64,000 bases of DNA from Clostridia bacterium (GCA_045591115.1 JAZNSH010000006.1:27874-91873); one strand, 5' to 3'; positions 26,642 through 37,434 are shown, counted from the first letter of the stretch. Notes: generated from the sequence alone by a model not told the origin. Made by a program: numbers and translations.

Positions 26642-29600
26642 TATTCATTTACCTCCTTTGCGCAAAATGATTCTGCTTTAACAACTGTACCATCTTCGGT
26701 AGTATAATCTGTTGAACCATAGTTAACGTAAACTTCCACGCCATTATCGTAAGTTACTTTATTTACACGACCTTCTCCATCAAGATTTTCGTGTTCTGTC
26801 ATAACTGCACCTGCTGTTGACTTAAGCACATCATTGTACTCCTTGTACATTTCAATTGCTTCATCAAACCAGGAGCCGTAATGCAATGAATACATACCTT
26901 CAAACCAGAGATCCTGAACATCCTCGTTAGGTGCATAACACCAACGATAGTACATTCCTGAGCCTGCTTCAACTGCCTGAAGGAAGGACTGACGTGTATC
27001 ACCATAAAGGTTGATGGGATCGCCTGAATACTCAACATATCCGTGAATAACCATCTGATAGAAAGGTACTGACTGATCAGCTAAGTTAAACTTACTGCTT
27101 GTATTGCTGATTTCAAAGATTGTATCAACGTAAGGAAGCATATATGAGTTTGTACCCTTTGCCATAACCTTAACGTCTTTCTTATATTCTTCAGCAACCT
27201 TTGCATAAGTATCGGCAACCTCTCCTCTATCTCTCAGATCCTTAACCTTATAGTTTCCGGGAAGATTATATCCAAGGCTACCAAGGCTTACGCCGTTGAT
27301 ATTAAGCTCTTTGATATCATTAAGTGTTTCCATTGCAAAGCTTTCTGAATTATCATCACTATAGATATCATAGATAAGCGCAGGTGTAACAATAGATGCC
27401 TGGTTAGCTGCTGCTGCCGTATTCCAATCATCAAAATACTGATAATGGTATGCAACCTGGCGTGTTACAAGACGGGATGCATCTGAGAACTCACTATAAC
27501 CATCAAAGGTTTTCGATGCATATACAAGAGCGAGCTCTGTTTCAAAATAAAGGTTCATACCTAATGAATTTGCTTTATCAAGTAAATTCTTAAGGGCATC
27601 TTCCCCACCAAGCTCACTTAACACGTCAGCTTCATTAAATACTGTATTTCTTATACCATTATTAGCCCAACCCTTATAGTTAACAGAAACGTTTTTGATA
27701 CCGTTCTGGTTAAGCTTATCTAAAAGCTCAGCACACTGATCAAAGGTTGTGATTGCTTTAGTTTCCGTATAAGGAATACCGAGGAATGCTGTTTCGTGAT
27801 CATATGCACCAACAAGCTCAATATTAAAAGGAATTTCAGTATAAGCTTTTTTGGTTAAAACATTATTATCAATAAGATAATTTCTGTAAGCTTCAGCCAT
27901 ACCGCTGTAGTTTGCTTTTTCATCAAGGAGCATTGAATATGTAACGGAGATATTATCAGTGTTTATTTCGTTCTGATATATCTTTGCTGTTTTACCTGCA
28001 CTCTTGAACTGAACTTCTTCATATTCAGCCATCTTGAATCTTGAGAAGCAAGTGTTGCGGTCTACAGCGTTCTTATTCTTGCCTGAAATATCTGCAATGA
28101 TGGTTGCATTTGTATCACCTGACTCGATAATAGCAAACATAGCACTTTCCGCACGCTTGATACCGAATACAGGGAGATATGAACCTTCATTTAAGAAAGG
28201 CTTTTGTAAGGTCGCACGGCCGTCATCAAGGCCATAAAGCTGAACTCGAACGTCTGTATTGATGTTTGTTTTGCCGTTATTAAAGTTAATAATTGCACCT
28301 GAACCGTCAGGAACAAACATATAACCTTCTTCTTTCTCTGATGCAGAACCAAAGTATTTAAGAAGATCGATTGAAGAAATTATAAGATTTTCCTTATCAT
28401 ACTGAATTTCTTCAACGGGAATCGTAACATTTAAACCATTCTTTGTAAGAGTATAATCAACGGGGATCCAGAATGTTTTTGCAGATTCACGTTCAAAACC
28501 AAAGTTAGCATTGATCTCATCACGCATTTCTAAGGTCATTCCGGTCTGAATAAATGCATCCTGCAAAATATTGATAAGACGTGCGTTATTCCATTTTGTC
28601 TGGTCAAGGATGATATATACATCCTTACCGGCATTTATAAATTCTTCAATATTGGGAGCAACTGCAAGATAATCTTTCTTAACGTCAGGTGCAAAGCCTG
28701 CCCAGTCTGAAGGTTTAAGTCTCGTATAGAGAGTACTGTTTGTGATAAAGCCTGCTGCCTGGAATAAGTTTGCATCCTTGAACTTCTGAATATATTCCTG
28801 AGCCATTTCACCATCCATACAGGTGGGAACAACGTATTCAGGCTTAACGAGACCTAAAATGTAAATTACACGAAGATTGCCGTTGTGATTTACAACAAAA
28901 TACTGCTCTTTACCATTTTTAGGATCAGAGTTAAGGAAGCAGTCAGTGTAGCTTTCAAGTGTCTTCTGACTACCGTCAGCCTTGTTAAGATAGAATATTG
29001 AAAGCTGGCTTGACATTTCGCCGGGGATACCTGCCGCTCTCGCTGCAGGTGCAGGGTTTGAATACCAAACCTGTTCTTCTCCGCTTGCACTGAGTTTTTT
29101 GCTCTTTAAAGCGAACTCAAGAGTTTCTTCGCAGAAATAGAACTCATAGTTTTCGTTTTCATCAACAAGCTTGAAAACTGTTTCTTTAAGCTCTTGATCA
29201 ACAACTTCTTCAGTTTCGGTTTTTTCATCTGTTTCTGCTTCTTCTGAAGGTGTTGTTGTATCCTCCGTTGTTGTTCCATCAGCAGGAGTTGTTGTTTCCT
29301 CTGTTGTTATTCCATCAGCAGGAGTTGTTGTTTCCTCTGTTGTTGTTCCATCAGCAGGAGTTGTTGTTTCTTCTGTTGTTGTTCCATCAGCAGGAGTTGT
29401 TGTTTCTTCTGTTACTGCTCCTTGAAGCTCAGAAGCCACAGAAACCTCGTTCTCTTCCCCACTTGCCTCCGGTGTTGTTACTTCTTCAGTTACTTCACCT
29501 TCAGCTTCGGGAGTTGTTGCATCTTCTGTTGTTTCATCTTTTACTTCTGAAGCAAAAGTATCTCTTTTTGTGGTTGGTTCATCTTGACGAACCAAAGTTT

Positions 29601-29742
29601 TATCACTTGTAAATTCGTAACGCGGTTCCTCATTTTCAGGAGTTGCGAAACGTTCAGTTTCTTTATCTGCACATCCGGTAAACGCTATGCTCGTAATGAT
29701 CATCATTACAACGAGTAAGGCAGAAATTATTTTGTTCTTCAT
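26641..29742 (-). CDS. DUF5696-like lipoprotein with acidic Thr/Glu-rich repeat linker
   Basis: AFTGC lipobox; WYSNP, GYMFVPDGSGAII, LPVFGIK, YKGWANNG, VPFYQMVIHG. Confidence 0.75.
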   Translation of the reverse strand: MKNKIISALLVVMMIITSIAFTGCADKETERFATPENEEPRYEFTSDKTLVRQDEPTTKRDTFASEVKDETTEDATTPEAEGEVTEEVTTPEASGEENEVSVASELQGAVTEETTTPADGTTTEETTTPADGTTTEETTTPADGITTEETTTPADGTTTEDTTTPSEEAETDEKTETEEVVDQELKETVFKLVDENENYEFYFCEETLEFALKSKKLSASGEEQVWYSNPAPAARAAGIPGEMSSQLSIFYLNKADGSQKTLESYTDCFLNSDPKNGKEQYFVVNHNGNLRVIYILGLVKPEYVVPTCMDGEMAQEYIQKFKDANLFQAAGFITNSTLYTRLKPSDWAGFAPDVKKDYLAVAPNIEEFINAGKDVYIILDQTKWNNARLINILQDAFIQTGMTLEMRDEINANFGFERESAKTFWIPVDYTLTKNGLNVTIPVEEIQYDKENLIISSIDLLKYFGSASEKEEGYMFVPDGSGAIINFNNGKTNINTDVRVQLYGLDDGRATLQKPFLNEGSYLPVFGIKRAESAMFAIIESGDTNATIIADISGKNKNAVDRNTCFSRFKMAEYEEVQFKSAGKTAKIYQNEINTDNISVTYSMLLDEKANYSGMAEAYRNYLIDNNVLTKKAYTEIPFNIELVGAYDHETAFLGIPYTETKAITTFDQCAELLDKLNQNGIKNVSVNYKGWANNGIRNTVFNEADVLSELGGEDALKNLLDKANSLGMNLYFETELALVYASKTFDGYSEFSDASRLVTRQVAYHYQYFDDWNTAAAANQASIVTPALIYDIYSDDNSESFAMETLNDIKELNINGVSLGSLGYNLPGNYKVKDLRDRGEVADTYAKVAEEYKKDVKVMAKGTNSYMLPYVDTIFEISNTSSKFNLADQSVPFYQMVIHGYVEYSGDPINLYGDTRQSFLQAVEAGSGMYYRWCYAPNEDVQDLWFEGMYSLHYGSWFDEAIEMYKEYNDVLKSTAGAVMTEHENLDGEGRVNKVTYDNGVEVYVNYGSTDYTTEDGTVVKAESFCAKEVNE
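29249..29413 (-). repeat. 36-bp in-frame tandem repeat (TEETTTPADGTT), 4 full copies plus a partial
   Basis: CCATCAGCAGGA recurs at 29276, 29312, 29348 and 29384. Confidence 0.95.
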
Positions 29743-29756
29743 ATTCTCCACCTCCA

Positions 29757-30398
29757 TTAACTTCTCAGCTCAAGTTCCATATATATTGTGTAGATAAAGT
29801 TCCAGATTTCCTGAACAAGGAAGAAGAACAATATGCCTAAGAACACAATTATTACCATACCCAAAAGGATAGCAAGTAATATAAGGAACGTTTTGCCGCC
29901 GCTATATTGATGAGTTGTCATTGTTCCGGTATATAACAGAATTGCCGTCCAGCCATATCCTAATACTGTAACAAGCGAAACAATCGTTGCTTCATTTATT
30001 GTCAAAATATTTGTAAGCGGAATAAGCAAAATCTGTGAAAGAACTAAGGGTAACATTGAGTATCCGGTGTAAATAAATACGTCCTTCATACTTCCTTCAC
30101 CATCGAACAAGGTGGTGAGACCCCAGTTTGCGGCAACCCAAATAACAACTACAAGTGCCGTTGTAACAAAGCTGCCTACCATATTAATTCTTTCAGGAAA
30201 AACCTTATATGTGTTGAACGTATAGTTATTAAACTGCATATCGAAGATATTAGTTAACACATATAATATAAGGAATAGTACTGCGATATAACTTCTACCG
30301 CGCTTTTCATGCTTTAAATCCCAGAAACCGTCAAGAGGATGAGTGATAACGTGGAAAGCATATTTAAGATCTTTACCAAGGTTTTTAAGGCGTCCCAT
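29757..30398 (-). CDS. Yip1 family membrane protein
   Basis: HPLDGFWDLKHEKRG, NWGLTTLFDGEG, multiple TMs. Confidence 0.8.
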   Translation of the reverse strand: MGRLKNLGKDLKYAFHVITHPLDGFWDLKHEKRGRSYIAVLFLILYVLTNIFDMQFNNYTFNTYKVFPERINMVGSFVTTALVVVIWVAANWGLTTLFDGEGSMKDVFIYTGYSMLPLVLSQILLIPLTNILTINEATIVSLVTVLGYGWTAILLYTGTMTTHQYSGGKTFLILLAILLGMVIIVFLGILFFFLVQEIWNFIYTIYMELELRS

Positions 30399-32155
30399 TA
30401 TAATTTTCTTCCTCCTGTTTCTACGAATTTCTTAAACTTTCTGTACCAGCCGGTAACAAGTGTTACAACTGTAATAATGATTATTGCCCACATAATATAA
30501 GGCATTGCTTTTTCAAGAACAAGATCTCTGTACTTAAAGAAAGCTTTTCCGTACTCTTCCTGAGAGTAACCTTTCATAAAGTAGTCAGCAGCCTTAAGAT
30601 ACATCTCTCTCTGTTCTGTTGTATCACCGTTAACTACTTCAGTATCAGCGGCCTTAAGGTAATAAATTCTTCCAAGGCCTTTATATGCAAGAGCTGAGTT
30701 TGATGACATACCAAGAATCTGGTTCCATTTTTTTTCAGCTTCATCATAATCACGTTCTTCATGGCTGTTAACTGCATCACGAAGGATCATACCGTATTCT
30801 GTAGGCTTATAAACGCTGATCTGTGCACCCATAGCATCAAGAATAACAATGGTTGAATCGTCATTAAGCAACTCAATGGCAACGGGTTCAAGGTTTGTGC
30901 CTTCGGTAAAGCCAACCTGCTCCTGACGGCCTGATGTTTTATTTTCATCACCTACAGAAACAGCTTTTTGTCCAAGTGCACCGAAAACATACAAAAGATC
31001 ACCTGTATTTGTGTAAGTAAATACACGACCTTTTTGTGAATCAAGCACGCTGGTAAGACCATTCTTTGAAACTGTAACATCACAAAGATATGAATAGCTT
31101 GATCTGTTAATGCCATCACCCCAGTCACCTGAAGGAGGTGTGATACCCGTTCTTAAAAGAACGTCAGCACCTGCGGCATTAAGTTTTCTGAGCGCTGCGC
31201 CAACTTCAGTTGCTGCTGCACCCGCATCAAAGTGTGCTGAAATCTCTTCAAGTTTAAGCTGTGAAATAGTACCGTAAATAAAGCCTTTTTCATCAATGGT
31301 TATATTACTGTATTCGGTTGAGATGTTTTGCTGCATCTTATCCTTAGCTTCAGCAGTAAATAAACGATTCAAAAGTGATGAAAGTGACTGCTTTGTTTTG
31401 GTTGCACCAAAGAATTTTGTAAATCCGCCATCACTGTTAAGCTCAACAATGCCGTGATAGCAATCTCTTGATACAACGAACATACGCATTGCATTATCAA
31501 CAACAACCTTTAATGGTTTATAGGTAATGCTTGTTTTTGAAGAAACTGAAGAATCTGAGCTACTGTTGTCAACGATTTCTTCGCCTTCAACATCAGTATC
31601 CTCGATAACCTCTTCCTCGGTAGTCGCATCAGTCTGCTCCTCAAAGTACTTTGAAAGATCGGGATCATCATAAGTACGAGCGAAAACAAACTTATCTTCT
31701 TCCTCACTATACTTAAAGCTTACAATGCGCTTATTCTCAGTATCACAAATGAAGAGAAGCTCTGTTTCTTCGTGAACAAAAAGACCGTTAGGTGAGTTAA
31801 ATGTTTCAATCTTTCCATCTTTTTCAAATGAAGAGATGATTTGTTTAACTGTGCGCATATCAGAATCAAGAACTATAATACGGTTATTGCCTGTATCTGA
31901 TACAAGGACATATCCTTTTTTATCAAACTGCGTAAGATCCTGGGGATTCTTTAATGGCTTGCCCTCAAGGTTCTCCTCTATTCCGATATCAACACTGTTT
32001 ATTACATCTTCTGTGGTATATGCCTGAGGATCAGGATATACACCACTTTCGGTAATCGTATAGTTTTGGTACGGTGCTGCAAAAGCAGTAACCGTGAACA
32101 TCAGCGAAAGAACAACGGCAAGTACCAGACATGCTGACTTTTTAAATTTCATCAT
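30398..32155 (-). CDS. NHL-repeat beta-propeller and TPR-like protein with signal peptide and C-terminal TM
   Basis: VSDTGNNRIIV and ICDTENKRIV NHL repeats; helical AYKGLGRIYY region; C-terminal TM. Confidence 0.8.
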   Translation of the reverse strand: MMKFKKSACLVLAVVLSLMFTVTAFAAPYQNYTITESGVYPDPQAYTTEDVINSVDIGIEENLEGKPLKNPQDLTQFDKKGYVLVSDTGNNRIIVLDSDMRTVKQIISSFEKDGKIETFNSPNGLFVHEETELLFICDTENKRIVSFKYSEEEDKFVFARTYDDPDLSKYFEEQTDATTEEEVIEDTDVEGEEIVDNSSSDSSVSSKTSITYKPLKVVVDNAMRMFVVSRDCYHGIVELNSDGGFTKFFGATKTKQSLSSLLNRLFTAEAKDKMQQNISTEYSNITIDEKGFIYGTISQLKLEEISAHFDAGAAATEVGAALRKLNAAGADVLLRTGITPPSGDWGDGINRSSYSYLCDVTVSKNGLTSVLDSQKGRVFTYTNTGDLLYVFGALGQKAVSVGDENKTSGRQEQVGFTEGTNLEPVAIELLNDDSTIVILDAMGAQISVYKPTEYGMILRDAVNSHEERDYDEAEKKWNQILGMSSNSALAYKGLGRIYYLKAADTEVVNGDTTEQREMYLKAADYFMKGYSQEEYGKAFFKYRDLVLEKAMPYIMWAIIIITVVTLVTGWYRKFKKFVETGGRKL

Positions 32156-32168
32156 TTTGGTTACCTCC

Positions 32169-33014
32169 TTAATCCTTCATACCTGATGTTGCCATCGTTT
32201 CAATAATGTTACTCTGTGAAATAATGAATGTTGTAATGGGAACTGCCATCATAATAACCGTAACTGCGTTGGCAACACCCTGACGTGCGATACCCGTTGA
32301 TACGATCTGTTGAAGTGCATAAGGCAAGGTTTTCAAAGATTCACTCTGAATAAATACCGATGCACCTAAGTTCCAAAGGTTCTGTACTGAGAATATCATA
32401 AGTGTTAGCCAAGCGGATTTAACCTGAGGCATAACAATCGACCAGAATATTTTGAAACTTCCCGCACCGTCAATTCGTGCGGCTTCAACAAGGGATTTAG
32501 GTATCTGTGACATAAACTGACGCATAAGGTACATACCCATAGGAGCACCGAATGTGGGAATGATAATTGCCCAATAGGTGTCGATCATACCAAGTTCAGC
32601 CTTGATTATGAAGAGGGGCAGCCAAAGAACTGTTCCGTTGAACATAAGGGCAGTTTTGATCATATTGGTCAAGAACTTGCTTCCGGGGAATGTGTACATA
32701 GCAAGAGGATATGCGCACAATGAGCAGAAAACGATCTGACCAAAGGTACCTGCTGCGGTAATGAATATAGTATTAAAGAAGTATCTTGAGAAGGGAACCC
32801 AAGAATTTCCCATCAAAACAAACAAATCGGTATAGTTTGTTGTAACCCATCTGTTGGGTAACAATGTTGGCGGGAATTTGAATAATTCATCCATAGGTTT
32901 AAATGAGTTACCAACGGCATAAACCATAGGAAGAACCATTAAGCAAGCAACTGCGCAAAGGAAGAAGATTCCCAAAAAATTACCTGCGCCTGAACGGTTA
33001 ACTTTCTTTGCCAT
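32169..33014 (-). CDS. Carbohydrate ABC permease (MalG-like)
   Basis: SLVEAARIDGA EAA motif. Confidence 0.93.
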   Translation of the reverse strand: MAKKVNRSGAGNFLGIFFLCAVACLMVLPMVYAVGNSFKPMDELFKFPPTLLPNRWVTTNYTDLFVLMGNSWVPFSRYFFNTIFITAAGTFGQIVFCSLCAYPLAMYTFPGSKFLTNMIKTALMFNGTVLWLPLFIIKAELGMIDTYWAIIIPTFGAPMGMYLMRQFMSQIPKSLVEAARIDGAGSFKIFWSIVMPQVKSAWLTLMIFSVQNLWNLGASVFIQSESLKTLPYALQQIVSTGIARQGVANAVTVIMMAVPITTFIISQSNIIETMATSGMKD

Positions 33015-33017
33015 AAA

Positions 33018-33959
33018 TTACTCACCCACCTTTGACAACAATTTAGCAATCAGCTTGTTAGCCAGAATCTGCAACAAGAACAGAAGAACTGCTATTGCGC
33101 AGGCATAACCAAGTTCCATTCGTTGGTTAGCATAGTCTTCAAGGTGATGTATTAGCGTATGAGCAACGTAGTCCTGCGAGGGATAACCAACAAGTGAGGT
33201 TATTGCCGCACCTACTGAGAAAGCACCGGAAATACTCATAACTGCACCGAACATAAGCTGTGGCTTCATATAAGGTAACGTAATATACCAAAGTTCCTGC
33301 CATCTGTTTTTAACACCGTCAATAGCACCTGCTTCATAAAGCGTACGGTCAACGTTTTGAAGACCTGCAACGAAGGTAAGGAAGCTGGTACCCAGTGACG
33401 ACCATAGGATAACTATCAAACAACACGGGACGATATAATCTACGTTTTCAAGCCACTTGATGTTGGTCATCGTAATACCTGTGTTCATAAGGAAACCGTT
33501 AAGGAGACCATATTGGTCAGATGAGAAGATGATCTTCCAAACGGGATAAACACTGGCAAGTGAAGGTGCATAGTAGAAAAGAGTCATAACTGCCCTTGTC
33601 TTTCTGCCCAGCTCATTGATGAGCCAGGCGAAGAACAATGACATTATGTAACCGCCGGGACCGATAATCACTGCGAAGAACAAGGTGTTCTTAAAAGCAG
33701 TCATAAACAAGTCATCAGCAGTAAAAAGACGTATATAGTTATCAAATCCCGTCCACTGTGGGGGTTCAAGTACGTTAAAGTACGTGAATGAGAAGTACAT
33801 TGCAACGATAACGGGAAGAATCGTAAAGACTGCAAATACTAAAAGATAAGGAAGCATGAATAAATATAAGCTACCGTTTTTACGCATTTCTTTAAACTGG
33901 TATTTGAGCCAATCTTTAAAGAATGCTTTGTTTTTGGCTTTAATTTCGCTCTTAGCCAT
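33018..33959 (-). CDS. Carbohydrate ABC permease (MalF-like)
   Basis: AGLQNVDRTLYEAGAIDG. Confidence 0.93.
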   Translation of the reverse strand: MAKSEIKAKNKAFFKDWLKYQFKEMRKNGSLYLFMLPYLLVFAVFTILPVIVAMYFSFTYFNVLEPPQWTGFDNYIRLFTADDLFMTAFKNTLFFAVIIGPGGYIMSLFFAWLINELGRKTRAVMTLFYYAPSLASVYPVWKIIFSSDQYGLLNGFLMNTGITMTNIKWLENVDYIVPCCLIVILWSSLGTSFLTFVAGLQNVDRTLYEAGAIDGVKNRWQELWYITLPYMKPQLMFGAVMSISGAFSVGAAITSLVGYPSQDYVAHTLIHHLEDYANQRMELGYACAIAVLLFLLQILANKLIAKLLSKVGE

Positions 33960-33978
33960 TACTCTATTCTACCACCTT

Positions 33979-36900
33979 TCAACTCATCATTTGCTCGATC
34001 TTTTGCTTGAATTCTTCACGCTTACGATCGATTTCTCTGTCAATCTTGCTTACATATTCTGTAAACGTTGTGTTGGGGTCAACACCGGGGTTATTGATAA
34101 CTTCCTTCCAAGCGAACTCAACGTTACGTGCAGTATAGTAACCACCGGGAACCTGAGGAATAGCTTTACACCAGTTCCACTGCTCCTGGATCATAGTCAT
34201 TGACTGCTTATCCCAAGGAAGTTCGGCCATTGCCTGAAGGTTAGCAGTCTGATAACGTGCTGCTGCACCTAACAAGCTTTCGATTTCAGTACCGAAACGG
34301 GACTGAGCTTCTTCACCTGTCCACCATGTCATAAACTGCCAAGCACGAGAAATTCTTTCTCTCTCTTCCTCTGTATCTGATTTCATTGAAAGCATTACAC
34401 AACCTGAGGTCGTGCTTGCGCAAGAATGGTCAACATAGGTTTCACCGTTTTCATCGGTTCTTACTGTTCCTGGAACAAGCGAGAACTCCCAAAGGCCCTG
34501 AATTTCAGGTGCAAATACTGCAAGCTGTGAATACTGGCTATAGCTTGCGATACCAATGGGAACTTCACCGGTACGGAAACGGTTAGCAAAGTCGTATGTA
34601 TTTGGTAAGTTATATAATGTATAGAACTCTGTCCATTCCTTAAATGCATCAAGCGCTGCATCTGTGGTAAGCATCGTTGAATCTCTTTCATCAGTATAAT
34701 ACTGACCGCCCTTCTGATAAAGAAGTGTTGCGAAGGTATTGTTACCTGATCCAACTGCGCCAACAACGGGAACGGGCATTGCAAATGTCATTTGCTTATT
34801 CTGAAGATGACCTATTATATTATATACCTCATCCCAAGTCTCAGGAGGTGTAAGATTTAACTCCTCAAGGATATCGGTACGATAGAAGGTCATAAAGAAG
34901 TCTTGTGTTTCGGGAATTGCATAGATACCGTTACCGAATGTAAAGGGATCAACCGCGCTGTGCTTATAACGCTCTTCATTAGCAAGCACTTCTCTCCAGT
35001 TGGGGAAAAGTTCATCGTTTGCAAGGTTCATAACCGCGCCACGGAATGCATAGTTAATTGCATCAACCGCGCCACGGGACAGACAGACTTCCGGCCCTAT
35101 GCCCGATAGGACGGACGGTAGCAACGAGCCTCCGGCAACAAGACGTGTACTTACGGTAACACCGGTCTTTGCAGTAAACATATCATCGATCAACTGCTTA
35201 AGGATGGTGGCGTTATCACGGGAGCCGGTAAGACCTGCACCGGTTTCAAGCCAAACAACAACGGGTTCCTGACCGTCCTGAGCAACGGTACCGCCGATGT
35301 TATCATAGTCCTCTGTAAATGAAGCTATAAATGAACGGATCTCATGAAGCAACTTTGCGAAGAAGCCTGCGTCGGCTTCAGGTAAGCTTTCGCTATTGGC
35401 TGACTCTTCTGAAGTAATTACAAAATAGTCAAGCTCCAAGGGGTTCTGGCTCATATCATTGATCCAAGTACCCATAGCGGCAATGGCATCCTTAAGGTTT
35501 GTAAACAATGTAGGGATAACTGTGTGATCCATCTTAAGAGTTGCAAATGTTCTGGTCCAATCAGCCTCGGTGATCTCACCTGCATTAAGCTTATTATTAA
35601 GGAACACGATCATATCTGCAAGTTCGCCATCACTTGATGGATCAGAAGATGCACCAAACTTTGTTTCAAGTGCCTCTTCAAAAGCTGAGATGCTTGAGCT
35701 GTTTACCATTCTTTCAAGCAAAAGAATCATACTTTCAAGGCTGGTAAGCTGAGCACTGATCTCATCGCCGTACTGATTCATCATCTCGTTTCTAAGAATT
35801 ACAAGATTATAATATTCAGTCTTAAGAATTTCAAGTGCATCGGGAACGAGAGCATCAAGCATATAGCTCTTGTTAGTATCAGGAGAAGCACTTGTGATCA
35901 TAAGGATTCGTCTGTATGCATAGTTAAGACTGGTAAGGCTGTTTTCACCTTCTGCAAGGAAATCACCCATTTTACCAAGGGTTGATTCAAGGCGGATTCT
36001 GTTCTCCCCTGCTTTTAAGTGGAAGAGGATCGTATCGCCTTCAGCAGTCTCAGGTGTGTACATTGAAAAGCTGTTATCATAATTGAAAATAAGATTTTCA
36101 ACTTCAGCACAGGGTACTTCACCGTTTATCGTAAGCTTACGTGTTGTGGTAAGACCGCTTAATGTGTTCTGACGAGCCTTGAAGGAAATAACATAGAGTC
36201 CTTCCTTCTCAACGTTAACGCGCCACTCGATCCAATCGTTAGGTGCCTGCCATTTATCTGCACCGATGGTATTATAACGGATCTTTGCATGGTGGTAAGG
36301 AACGGTTGAGGGAGATGATCTGTCGGTAATAGCATACAGCGTAGGTGATGATTTAAGTACACTGTAAGTTGCCTCGGGAATCTTTCCTTCTATTTCCTGA
36401 TTAAGGTTCAAACCATATCTTTCAGCATCGGCAAAAATAGCAGCCTGATCTTCGGTATATGCTTCAGGTGCGTGCATACCTTCTGCCTGGATGAAATAAA
36501 GAGCATCTGTTACTTGAGATAAGCCTTTGTTTGCATACTCTTTCTTAACATCAGCATAAGGCTTTGCATCAGCAATCTGATGGATGGTGATCTTTTCAAC
36601 AAGCATACCTTCCTTGATTGCTTCGAAAGCTAAAACGTGTGAGCCTTCCTCAAGATAGAACTTAAAGGGGTCAACCTCATAACCCATATAGTCGCGAACA
36701 GAAACTGTCTGCCACTGATTGGTGCCTACCTGATAAGGACGCTTTTCGTTCTGCGTATCGCTGTGAAGCTTAAGAATGCTTTCATCTTTCCAAACACGCT
36801 CAAGATTTACCTGACGTGCTTCATAGAAAGGAACCTTATAGTCAATATAAACTCTGCGCTGTACAGCGGAGCTTTGGCAATCCAGCTTTACGATATCGCC

Positions 36901-37434
36901 GTTAGCATCTTTATATTCCAAAGATTCATATGGCATATATGAAAATGTGATGTTATACCAACCTGACTGGGGAACATCGATCTCCCAACCGTAGATACCC
37001 TCTTCAGGGAACAAAGCGCCATCATACTTTTCATTTTCATAATTTTCTGACGTTACGCCTTCCACTACGATAGCGGGACCTATTTTCTCACCTGTGGTTC
37101 TGTCAAACTGAACGGCATCCTTAGCGGTATACTCGCCCCAGTTTTCAACAACAGGCATAGCAGTGTCCTTAATGGAGTTGCGATATGCCTTATAGTCAAA
37201 CTCATTGTTGATTGACTGATCAAAGGCCTGAGGTGTAACCCCCTCAGAAGACTCGCTTTCTTCACTGCCCTCATTTTCTGTTATGCTTGTTTCATCCTGA
37301 ACATCTGTGGTGTTTTCCTGCTCAAGGTTAACATCGGTTTCTTCCGGTTCAGCATAAGCCACACACGAGAAGATCGAAAGCACCATCGATGCAACAAGAA
37401 CGAAGATAAGCATCTTGTTACGCAAAGACTTCAT
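33979..37434 (-). CDS. Giant extracellular solute-binding protein with N-terminal CBM-like modules
   Basis: Sec signal (AYA); two beta-sandwich-like motifs (WEIDVPQSGWYNI, WRVNVEKEGLYVI); C-terminal sugar-SBP motifs (YAIP, FYRTDIL, PETWDE). Confidence 0.82.
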   Translation of the reverse strand: MKSLRNKMLIFVLVASMVLSIFSCVAYAEPEETDVNLEQENTTDVQDETSITENEGSEESESSEGVTPQAFDQSINNEFDYKAYRNSIKDTAMPVVENWGEYTAKDAVQFDRTTGEKIGPAIVVEGVTSENYENEKYDGALFPEEGIYGWEIDVPQSGWYNITFSYMPYESLEYKDANGDIVKLDCQSSAVQRRVYIDYKVPFYEARQVNLERVWKDESILKLHSDTQNEKRPYQVGTNQWQTVSVRDYMGYEVDPFKFYLEEGSHVLAFEAIKEGMLVEKITIHQIADAKPYADVKKEYANKGLSQVTDALYFIQAEGMHAPEAYTEDQAAIFADAERYGLNLNQEIEGKIPEATYSVLKSSPTLYAITDRSSPSTVPYHHAKIRYNTIGADKWQAPNDWIEWRVNVEKEGLYVISFKARQNTLSGLTTTRKLTINGEVPCAEVENLIFNYDNSFSMYTPETAEGDTILFHLKAGENRIRLESTLGKMGDFLAEGENSLTSLNYAYRRILMITSASPDTNKSYMLDALVPDALEILKTEYYNLVILRNEMMNQYGDEISAQLTSLESMILLLERMVNSSSISAFEEALETKFGASSDPSSDGELADMIVFLNNKLNAGEITEADWTRTFATLKMDHTVIPTLFTNLKDAIAAMGTWINDMSQNPLELDYFVITSEESANSESLPEADAGFFAKLLHEIRSFIASFTEDYDNIGGTVAQDGQEPVVVWLETGAGLTGSRDNATILKQLIDDMFTAKTGVTVSTRLVAGGSLLPSVLSGIGPEVCLSRGAVDAINYAFRGAVMNLANDELFPNWREVLANEERYKHSAVDPFTFGNGIYAIPETQDFFMTFYRTDILEELNLTPPETWDEVYNIIGHLQNKQMTFAMPVPVVGAVGSGNNTFATLLYQKGGQYYTDERDSTMLTTDAALDAFKEWTEFYTLYNLPNTYDFANRFRTGEVPIGIASYSQYSQLAVFAPEIQGLWEFSLVPGTVRTDENGETYVDHSCASTTSGCVMLSMKSDTEEERERISRAWQFMTWWTGEEAQSRFGTEIESLLGAAARYQTANLQAMAELPWDKQSMTMIQEQWNWCKAIPQVPGGYYTARNVEFAWKEVINNPGVDPNTTFTEYVSKIDREIDRKREEFKQKIEQMMS

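Noticed and set aside
29249-29413. 36-bp repeats as a CRISPR array
   Set aside because: Repeats are directly tandem with no spacers, are in frame within a CDS, and no cas genes are present
29250-29612. Plus-strand 120-aa repetitive ORF (LLLFHQQE)
   Set aside because: Antisense shadow of the Thr/Glu repeat; no RBS
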